Assembly (NCBI RefSeq): GCF_032444005.1
Contig: NC_091283.1
Location: 365,428,001 to 365,492,000, forward strand
Length of the DNA: 64,000 nucleotides
DNA from: Ranitomeya imitator
Taxonomy: Eukaryota
Reading direction: 5' to 3'
The notes beneath the pieces were generated by a model. The model worked only from the letters and a program-made list of their open reading frames with translations. It had not been told where the DNA came from and made no database searches. Below, piece by piece: positions 45,033 to 55,419 of the stretch. Position 1 is the first letter of the stretch; each line of letters opens with the position of its first letter. The translations under genes and the position numbers were made by a program.

Positions 45033-46681
45033 CAGTTAGGTCCATATATATTTGGACAGAGGCAACATTTTTCTAATTTTGGTTATAGACATGACCGCAA
45101 TGAATTTTAAACAAAACAATTCAGATGCAGTTGAAGTTCAGACTTTCAGCTTTCATTTGAGGGTATCCACATTAAAATTGGATGAAGGGTTTAGGAGTTT
45201 CAGCTCCTTAACATGTGCCACCCTGTTTTTAAAGGGACCAAAAGTAATTGGACAGATTAAATAATTTTAAATAAAATGTTCATTTCTAGTACTTGGTTGA
45301 AAGCCCTTTGTTGGCAATGACTGCCTGAAGTCTTGAACTCATGGACATCAAAAGACGCTGTGCTTCCTCCTTTTTGATGCTCTACCAGGCCTTCACTGCG
45401 GTGGTTCTCAGTTGCTGTTTGTTTGTGGGCCTTTCTGTCTGAAGTTTAGTCTTTAACAAGTGAAATGCATGCTCAATTGGGTTGAGATCAGGTGACTGAC
45501 TTGGCCATTCAAGAATATTCCACTTCTTTGCTTTAATAAACTCCTTGGCTGCTTTGCATTTATGTTTTGGGTCATTGTCCATCTGTAGTATGAAACGACG
45601 ACCAATCAGTTTGGCTGCATTTGGCTGGATCTGAGCACACAGTATGGCTCTGAATACCTCAGAATTCATTCAGCTGCTTCTGTCCTGTGTCACATCATCA
45701 ATAAACACTAGTGACCCAGTGCCACTGGCAGCCATGCATGCCCGAGCCATCACACTGCCTCCGCTGTGTTTTACAGATGATGTGGTATTCTTTGGATCAT
45801 GAGTTGTACCACGCCTTCGCTATACTTTTCTCTTTCCTTCATTCTGGTAGAGGTTGATCTTGGTTTCATCTGTCCAAAGAATGTTCTTCCAGAACTGTGC
45901 TGGCTTTTTTAGATTTTTTTTTAGCAAAGTCCAGTCTAGCCTTTTTATTCTTGATGCTTATGAGTGGCTTGCACCATGCAGTGAAACCTCTGTATTTACT
46001 TTCATGCAGTCTTCTCTTTATGGTAGATTTGGATATTGATACGCCGACCTCCTGGAGAGTGTTGGTCACTTGGTTGGCTGTTGTGAAGGGGTTTTTCTTC
46101 GCCATGGAGATTATTCTGCGATCATCCACCACTGTTGTCTTCCGTGGGCGCCCAGGTCTTTTTGCCTTGATGAGTTCACCAGTGCTTTCTTTGTTTCTCA
46201 GGATGTACCAAACTGTAGATTGTGCCACTCCTAATATTGTAGCAATTTCTCGGATGGGTTTTTTCTGTTTTCGCAGCTTAAGGATGGCTTGTTTCACCTG
46301 CATGGAGAGCTCCTTTGACCGCATGTTTACTTCACAGCAAAACCTTCCAAATGCAAGCAGCACACCTCAAATCAACTCCAGGTCTTTTATTTGCTTAATT
46401 GAGAATTACATAACGAAGGGATTGCCCACACCTGTCCATGAAATAGCCTTGGAGTCAATAGTCCAATTACTTTTGGTCCTTTTAAAACCAGGGTAGCACA
46501 TGTTAAGGAGCTGAAACTCCAAAACCCTTCATCCAATTTTAATGTGGATACCCTCAAATGAAAGCTGAAAGTCTGGACTTCAACTGTATCTGAATTGTTT
46601 TGTTTAAAATTCATTGTGGTAATGTCTATAACCAAAATTAGAAAAATGTTGCCTCTGTCCAAATATATATGGACCTAACTG
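45033..46681 (-). mobile_element. Tc1-family transposon (same family as 22269-23915) nested in DIRS B
   Basis: TA|CAGTTAGGTCC ... GGACCTAACTG|TA; frameshifted transposase ORFs 45866..46363 and 45382..45669. Confidence 0.95.
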
Positions 46682-47590
46682 TATTAATATTGTTTATGTG
46701 CTACTAACCTAGAAGGTCCTTTCATACTCTGTAAACCAACTGGCGGGGGAGTGAGGTGCCGCCCTTTTTATGTCTGAGGTTTCCTGTCCCTGAAGGGCGG
46801 ATCCCCTCTCTCGTTGTGCTGTCATGGCTCCTGAAAAAACACTGCTACCAGGTGAGTAGCGTACGTATTTCCCCAAAATGAAAAGTCGGGGTGAAGACTG
46901 AATAGAACGTCTTATCTGCAAATAAAGCAAGAAATCTGAATCCTCTAATCCTTCTTGTATAACAAATCTCTCTTCTAATATCTGTGACAATAATTATTCC
47001 TTTTTTTTTATCCAAAGTTCAGCCCTGTAAGTAATGGGGGAAATCCGTATTATCCCACAGTGGGAACATGGAGGCTGGGCAGCCCACCCACAAGAGGTTT
47101 TTCTTAAATGTCTGACAAAATTTAGTTATAAAAAAAGGACAGCAATTGATACATAAAGGTCTGATTTTTTTTTTTTTTTTTTACCTACAAGAGCCTGAAA
47201 GATATTTTCTCTGTTAAGAATTCTACAAATGTCCATTATATAAGAACTTGAACTGGAGCCGTCCATGGTTGAGTCTGAGAGGGCAGAAAATAAAAGTCCC
47301 CCTTTTATTAGAAGAGTAAATTAAGTCAACCCTTTTCGGACCAGAGTATTTCTCTATTTTACACTTTTTTAATTATTCCTTGTCTTTTTCCAAGAGCCAT
47401 AACTGTTTTTTTTCCCTCAACATAGATGTCGTGGCGTTTTTGTTTCTGTGGGACAAGTTGTAGTTTTAAATTACACCATTCAGTTTGCCATAGAATGTGC
47501 TGAAAAACAGGGGAAAAAAATCTAAGTGGGAAGAAATTGTGAAAAAATGCAATTCTGCCATTGTTTTTTTTTTTTTTTGTTCGATTTTAA

Positions 47591-50014
47591 AGGGAACCTG
47601 TTACCTCCAAAATCGAAGATGAGCTAAGTCCACCAGCATCAGGGGCTTATCTACAGCATTCTGTAATGCTGTAGATAAACCCCCGATGTAACCTGAAAGA
47701 TGAGAAAAAGAGGTTAGATTATACTCACCTGGGAGGGCGGTCCAATCCGATGGGCGTCGCGGTCTGGTCCGGGGCCTCCTATCTTCATAGGATGACGTCC
47801 TCTTCTTGTCTTCACGCCGCGGCTCCGGCACAGGCGTACTTTGTCTGCCCTGTTGAGGGCAGAGCAAAGTACTGCAGTGCGCAGTTGCCGGGCCTCTCTG
47901 ACCTTTGCCGACACCTGCGCACTGCAGTACACAAAAATCCCCCAGGATTTGGGTGTAGCAGCTTTGAGGAAAATTTTGGGGTCATTAAAAAGAAGTGATG
48001 GTTTTGTCAACTTTGTGTGTGAGGGCATGGATTTCATATTAAAACACAATGCGTTCAAATTTATGGATTCCTGGTTCTTGCAATGCACTGGGACTGCGAT
48101 GGGGACTCCGGTGGCGCGCACTTTTGCAAACCTTTTTCTGGCTTTGTTGGAGGAGGATTATGTGTTCAATATTAGAAATAATTTTTTGAGGCACATCAGA
48201 CTTTATGTTCGCTATGTGGACGACATTTTTTCATGATATGGGACGGACCTCGTGAATCATTTGATGATTTTGTCCAGTATCTCAATGAGTCTAATCAAAT
48301 AAATATGTCGTTCACATCGAGATATGGAGGCCTTGATTTGGATTTTTTAGATGTACAAATTAACATTGTGGATAGTGTGATCGGTACTAGAGTGTTTCGA
48401 AAACTGTCTGCTACGAACTCTGTCCTACATTTTGATAGTTTCCATCCGGCTCATGTAAAATGCTCCCTCCCTTATAGCCAATTATTAAGATTGAAGATGA
48501 TTAATAATACTCAGGAGAGCTGCACTCAGCAGGCAGAAGAGTTGTGTGACAGGTTCCGCTGTAGGGGTTATGCCAATGAAGTTTTGAATGAGGCTAACAA
48601 TAGGGTTAATCAGGCAAGAGACAATCATGGTTCTACCCACATACCCACAAACGCGATAAAAGATTTGTTTTTTGTTTTAAATTCGTCCCTATGGATGGTA
48701 TCATACGGTCTGCTATTCGCAGGAATTGGCACATTCTAGAACGTGATAAAGATATTGCGGAGGTGGCAGAAAGGGGTCTCATTATTTCTTAATAGATGCA
48801 GCACCACTCTGGGTGACATAATAGTGAAAAAACGGATGGTGAAGAAGGTAATTGGTTAAGTAAAAGTGTTCCTCATGGTAATTTTAAGTGTGGACATTGT
48901 CCTTTTTGTAATTACCATAATGTAAGTCAAACACTTTGCATTGGAGGTGTGTCTCATACTGTCAAAGATTTTATCGCGTACAAAACGACCCATGTGGTTT
49001 ATGTGGTTTTATGTTGTTGTAAGTCCTTCTATATTGGCAAGACCATTCGCCCCCTCTATGTGAGGTTCAGAGAGCATTACAACTTGATCGTTTCAGGCAA
49101 GGGGATTCCACGTTTGATCAAACATGTTAGGGAATTCCATGGAAGAAACCCAGAGGTGCTTTCTTTTGCTGGCCTTGAAAAGGGGTCTCGTCCAGTGCAA
49201 GGAGGAGATCTGCACAAGCTTCTACTAAAAAGAGAGGCCATCTGGATTATGCACACTCGAGCGCAAGAATCCGCTGGTTTGAATGAGAGATTGGATATGT
49301 CCATTTTCCTGTGATAAGCCGGTTTTATTGTGTTTTTGTATTGTTTTCATTTGTTTTCCAAATGCATTTTAATTATGTATAGCTGCTGCAAATGTGTTCA
49401 AGCATCGGGTGTGGGGTTTAGCTGCCTCCCTCTGTTAAGAGGTGATGTCAGTCTCACTTACCTGTGTGACTAGTAGAAGCGACACTGCAGCGCGAAATGG
49501 CTGTTGTCCATTTCACTCCTGCACCCATCATGCCGATGTTTTAAAGTATTGGAATAAAGAAGTTTTTTTAACCGGTGAGTGCCATCCATTCCTTTCAATT
49601 TTTGTATCCATTGTGGCTATTTTCTTTGGAGTGGCACCCCGGCTCACGGAGCACTTACTGCTGTATACATGCTTGCAGCATCAGTTCATGCAATTACCTG
49701 TGCACTGAGTGGGCTTCCTCGCTGTGTGATTAACACTTTGTTGGAGCACTGCAGTACTTTGCTCTGCCCTCAACAGGGCAGAAAAAGTACGCCGGAGCCA
49801 CAGCATGAATACAAGAAGAGGACGTCATCGTAAGAAGATGGGAGGCCCCAGACGGGACCGCATCGCCCATCGGACCGGACCGCTGGGTGAGTATAATCTA
49901 ACCTCTTTTTCTCATCTTTCAGGATACATCGGGGGCTTATCTACAGCATTCCAGATAAGCCCCTGATGCTGGTGGGCTTAGCTCATCTGCGATTTTGGGG
50001 GTGACAGGTTCTCT
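47591..50014. mobile_element. T2/Kolobok-type foldback MITE split by PLE2
   Basis: TTAA|AGGGAACCTGTTACC ... GGTGACAGGTTCTCT|TTAA; ~290-bp inverted arms. Confidence 0.85.
47931..49745 (+). mobile_element. Penelope-like element 2, 5'-truncated and frameshifted
   Basis: 12-bp duplication GCACTGCAGTAC at 47919-47930 and 49746-49757; GTAMGTPVARTFANLF, YVRYVDDIF, CGHCPFCNYH, VVYVVLCCCKSFYIGKT..R, GLNERLDMSIFL*. Confidence 0.9.
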
Positions 50015-50352
50015 TTAAGTGATGAAACAAAAATTCTGCATTGCAAAAAAAAAATGTTCTCCTTTGTGTTGGCATTTTCCAAGACGCATTTAAGGTAAGT
50101 TTTTATTGGTTTCATTTTGGCCTACATAACATTTTTTGCAGTTGTATTATTCCAGTGTCTGGGAGGCAGACCGAACATCATCCTCTACTTGTTCATGGTC
50201 TGAGGTCTAAAGTTTGATTGTCAACTGGTTTAGTCTTCGTAAATAATTGCATTTTTTTAAATAACGTGCAATTTTTATATGTATTTTAGAAATGTTATAC
50301 ACATATATTTTTTAAGGATATTTTATTAAAAAATAATTTTTATTATCGGCAG

Positions 50353-51788
50353 ATAATTGTACCAGGAGATCACAGGGACAAGTGACGTCTGTAATTTCTA
50401 AATCAGATGACCTTGTTCTCACACAAGATATAATTGAAGTGAATATTATTACTCCAGATGTTCCATTATCCCTTGACAGCAAAGATCTATCATCTGATCC
50501 TTTTAAACAGGTTCTAACTTGTAACTCATCACCGACTATTAAGAAAAATAAAACTTACAAAAGAGACTTTGAAAATCGAACTGATCTTAAAGCAAAAAAG
50601 CCATTTTCAAGTGCAAAATCTAGAAAACGTTTTTCCCTCAAAATGTCTTTTGCTACTCAGAAACAAATTGCCACAAAGGAAAAAAGATTTTCTTGTGCAG
50701 AGTGTGGGAAATATTTTAACCACAAATCAGAGCTTGTTAGACATGAGAGAGTTCACACAGGGGAGAAGCCATATTCATGTTCAGTATGTGGGAAACGTTA
50801 TACAACTAAATCATATCTTGTTATACACCAAAAATCACACACAGGAGAGAAGGCCTTTTCTTATTCAGAATGTGGGAAATGTTTTAATTTAAAATTAGCT
50901 TTAGTTATCCATCAAAAAATTCACACAGGGGAGAAGCCATATTCATGTTCGGAATGTGGTAAATGTTTTGCAGATAAATCAAATTTTGTTAGACACCAGA
51001 AACTTCACACAGGTGAGAAGCCATATTCATGTTCAGAATGTGGGAAATGTTTTGTAGGGAAATCAAGTTTTGTTAAACACCAGAGAACTCACACACAAGA
51101 GAAGCCCTTCTCATGTTCAGAATGTGGGCAGTCTTTTGCAAGGAAATCAAGTTTTGTTAAACACCAGAGAACTCACACAGGAGAGAAGCCTTTCTCGTGT
51201 TCAGAATGTGGGAAATGTTTTGTAGGGAAATCAAGTTTTGTTAAACACCAGAGAACTCACACAGGGGAGAAACCTTTTTCATGTTCAGAATGTAGGACAA
51301 GTTTTAATAGCAAATCAGGTTTAGTTGTCCATCAGAGAATTCACACAGGGGAGAAACCTTTTTCATGTGCAGAATGTGGAAAATGTTTTGCAGCTAAATC
51401 AACTTTTGTTAAACACCAGAGAACTCACACAGGAGAGAAACTTTTTTCATGTTCTGAATGTGGGAAACGTTTTAATCATAAATCATATTTAGTTGTTCAT
51501 CTGAGAACTCACACAGGGGAGAAGAAATATTCATGTCCAGAATGTGGGAAATATTTTGCAGATAAATCAAGTCTTGTTAGACACCAGAGAATTCACACAG
51601 GGGAGAAGCCATATTTATGTTCTGAATGTGGGAAATGTTTTAATCGGAAATCAGATTTAATTATCCATCAGAGAACTCACACAGGTGAGAAACCTTTTTT
51701 ATGTTCAAAATGTGGGAAATTTTTTTCAGTGAAATCACATCTTGTTAGACACCAGAGAACTCATATTGGAAGAAATCATATATTTTAA
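50353..51788 (+). CDS. ZNF terminal exon: linker plus 13 C2H2 fingers (oocyte/gastrula zinc finger XlCOF/XlCGF-like); spliced product ~668 aa
   Basis: The GGCAG|AT acceptor completes a GAT codon in frame with ORF 50382..51788. TGEKP-type linkers; finger 3 has C to Y at its first ligand. Confidence 0.95.
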
Positions 51789-52049
51789 CAAACTGTACAA
51801 GACCGCACATAACAGACAGTCAATGTAATGACAAATAAGTAAATGATAAAGAAACGCAAGTTAGAACTTATATTAGAATCAAAATATGTAGTTCCTTATA
51901 GACATCTGTTATCTAACAAGCAATATAACATGAGCATTACATATTTCACATTGTTGCATATTTATATAATCAGGATATGGACAAGAGTATTGCAACCCCC
52001 TCCCCACACATCACCCCAAAAATACCCAACGTTTCTTCCTCTTTTTTTC

Positions 52050-52490
52050 CCCCAATATCAGTGATCTGCCATTCATTACAGTTTATTTAAATCCACAGTC
52101 TCCATGCCTGAAGAAATGTATTTAATGTATGTATATTACAGTAATAAACATGTTAATGTTGTAAGTTACTATTCACAATTACGATACATTCCTTCTTTGT
52201 AGGAACATCTGATGGCATCCAAATATAATAGTTTTTCACCATCATTAGGAACTGATTCCCTTTTCTATTCCACAATACACATACAGTAAGTGTAAAGTCT
52301 TCCTTAATTGTCTCAGTAACCTGACCCCCCAAAATGTAAACTTTATAGCATAACATTCGATGGGTTAATCTGACACTTAAGACACTCTGGGTTCCTTTTG
52401 TTAGTCATCTTTGACAAAACCTCTGGTGTTAAATAAATCTTATGTACAATGAACAATTAGAAGATTCTAACCTTTTGTCTTTTTGTAAAA
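52050..52490 (-). mobile_element. L1-clade ORF2 3' fragment
   Basis: IVHKIYLTPEVLSKM...PECLKC and VCVLWN resemble the L1 C-terminal cysteine-rich region. Confidence 0.55.
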
Positions 52491-52739
52491 CAAAGTCTTA
52501 GGCCCCAATTCATTAAGACTGATGTTTCATACACCAGTCTTAATGAGGAACGTGCAGCAATAAGATGTACCAGATTCATTAAGAGATGCCACTTAATAAA
52601 TTTGGTGAATCTTATTAGTAGCTTTCGCCTCATCAGAAATAGTTCTCCAGATAGGGACTGGAATAACAGAGTAATAAACAAGAAGCATTAACACTCCCCA
52701 AGACAGGTAGAAAAGGAGACACAGGTAGTGTCTGCAAAG

Positions 52740-54810
52740 ACCGGCAGCTGGGTTAGTTCAGCAGAGAGGTGTAGTCCTGAAGCTTAACAGAGGTGTGTTT
52801 GTTGCTGAAAGAGTTTAAAACTGCTTGAGCTGCTACAGCCTGGAATACTGATATTGGAGAGGCTGCTACATTTACTGTGTTTCATTGTGCCTGAAGAAAG
52901 GATTGTTTGCTATTCATTTGTACTGGAGAAAGGTTTTTGTCGTTTTGAAGCTGTAAAGATTATGATTAACAATAAACTCTATGCTGTTTTTGATATAAAA
53001 AGCTAAACCCCCTACAATTGGTGTTTAAATGTGGGCATGAAGTCGTAAAGAGCACAGGTGATTACAGTTTAAAGACTGAATGTCCTGAATAAAAGGCACC
53101 TACAGTCTGAAAGCATGGAAGAGCTTGTTAAGCAACTGATCTAGGCCAATCTGCAGCAGCAGGACTTGCAGCAGCAGCAGCAGGTCCAACAAGAAGCCTA
53201 CAAACTCCTGATCTAACAGTTGCAAAAACATTTTCAGCAGAAGCAATAGTTTCAGCAGCAGATTGTTCTCTTGGCAGAAACTGTTCAGGTCAAGGAGACA
53301 GCACCTCCTGCCAGCCAAAGTGATGGTAACTGTGTGAGGCAAAGGACTCTGGAGGATGATGCCTAGGCTTTCCGGACTGTCCTTGAGAGGGCGACATACA
53401 GGGACAAAATGTCCCCAGAGCAATGGACAGAGGTCCTATCTCCAAAGCTTACTGGGGAACCACAGAGCGAATACTGCGACCTTGACCTGCAGGATGTCAA
53501 GGAGTACAGCAAGGTGGAGATTATGAAATGTTTGGGTGTAACCCTAGCAGTCAGGGTGCAACGGCTGAACCACTGACACAACCATGAGGACAAGACTCCC
53601 AGGCCCAATATGTTCGAACTGTTACACCTAGTACAGAAATGGCTACAGCCTGAAACTTGCTCTAAGGCATAGTTGGTGGAGAGAATGGTGACGCACCAAT
53701 TTATATACTCATTTCCTAGGTCTGTACAATGCAGTGTTGCCAAGGGGGATTCCTAGAATGCAGATGACTTTGTGAGCCTTGTGGAAAGATATCTTGCTGT
53801 TCAGAACTCCCTGGGCAGAAAGTCACTGGAGTACTTGAAGGGTAGCTTTTATCCAAAAGGGGCCTTAATCTTATCTTGGAGGGTGCCCAAAGACCCAGGA
53901 GCATATAACACAGAGCCAGAATAAGTGGACGTTGAGTCCGCTGCCACTTGAGGAATGAATCATAAACAATTTAATGGAAAGTGGTTTGTCAACGCATTTC
54001 AAAGTCAAATCCAACCCCTTCCTCAGGACAGCAACATGTGAAAGTCAACTCGTTAAAGACAGCTGTCTTATATAGTCAACTTTTGATCAGCGTCATTTGG
54101 AAGTTTTGGGCTGTCATTATGATTTAAAAAGAGAAAAAACAGTAGTTTTACAATAAATGGCTTCACCCAACCACTAACCATGAGTAGAGAAAAAGTTTTG
54201 GTGTTAGCATTCATATTCTATGAATAAAGGCCATGAAAGCAAAAATTCTGCTGGGGTATGTAAACTTTTGAGCACAACTGTAAAAGTGAATAGATTATGT
54301 ATAGAAAGAATGCAGTTGTACAATGTGAATAGAGAGAACTATAATGGCATATTCCCTTGGATTATGTCATCATCTCTAACTAGGTCAGTTGGTGAGCCTG
54401 GGGAAACTGAGCTACACATCTCATTGCAATTTTGCACAAAATTAAGTGGCATAATTCCTATATTTTTCTAACAATAGATGTATCCGTTTTATACTCCAAT
54501 ATTGAACATGAGATCTGGCTGATGTTTTGACGGCCTGATGAAAAATGCTCCTGCCACTTTCCAGCATATGGTCAACCAGCTACTCAAGGGACTAGAAGGG
54601 TTTGCTGTCGCTTGCTTGGATGACATTGCTGTCTTCAGTCTCGCCTGGAAGAGGGACGTGTTGCAGGTGCTTAGGTGGACCCATGGCACTGGTTTGACCA
54701 TTAATCCAGAAAAATGCTAAAGTGGCATGACAGAGGTGCAGTACTTTGGTCACAGAGTGAGTGGCAAACCCCTAAAGCGAGAGCTCGGTAAGGTAGATGC
54801 TATCACCTTA
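52740..54810 (+). mobile_element. Gmr1-like Gypsy LTR retrotransposon remnant (LTR end, PBS, gag with SCAN-like domain, RT fragment)
   Basis: ...CCCTACA (53016) followed by TGGTG PBS-like (53019); gag from ATG 53115 with stops, including WLQPETCSKA*LVERMVTHQF; RT 54538-54810: KNAPATFQHMVN..CLDDIAVFS..LTINPEKC. Confidence 0.8.
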
Positions 54811-55419
54811 TAGTGTGAATATAAAAATGGATATTTTGAGTCCATATTGAAATGCACAGAATTCATTCAGACCATTACAGAGCAGCATTACTGGTCATAC
54901 ATTTACAGACAGAAAATGCTCACAGTGACACAATCTTGAGAAATGTGTACTCATTGTCTGAAATCCTTCACCTCACATACAGATCTGTTTGTTTTTGTAA
55001 AACATGAATATTTATTTAACCTCTGTTTGTGGTGGTTTCATCCAATCCATGTGGGCTTTTATATTCAGGGTTTATGGCCCAACGTCTGATGTTTGACTGG
55101 TATCTGTTTCATCTTATCTTGAAAGCTGGCCACTGGATGGGTATGGTGAAACTGGAGTTAATACATAGTGTATGTCACGATAATGTAAAAATGTCATATT
55201 GTGAATTTAGTTTCAGAAGGTTACATGGCTTTCCAAACATGGTGTGGGCCATTCCGACCCCCCTCTTCTCTGCCTGCTGCTTGTGTGTGTGTATCCTAAA
55301 CCCCTCCCTGAAGAATTTTTATGGTTCTACGCTGCAGGCAGAGCATTCTCCCTAAAACTACTCATTCCCCCTCCCACATGGTACTAGTTGAAACTGGTGT
55401 AGCCACCATGAGATTCTTT

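Larger units (their letters stand above)
39701..46870 (+). mobile_element. DIRS1-type retrotransposon B, structurally complete (ITRs, gag, RT/RNaseH/MT, YR, ICR), in the last ZNF intron
   Basis: Left ITR from 39701, right ITR 46733-46870, ICR 44857-44941 complementary to both termini; inserted at TTT without a target duplication. Confidence 0.97.

Noticed and set aside
52143-52148. AATAAA as the ZNF polyadenylation signal
   Set aside because: Plausible (about 355 nt after the stop), but it lies in AT-rich L1 debris and cannot be supported without transcript data.
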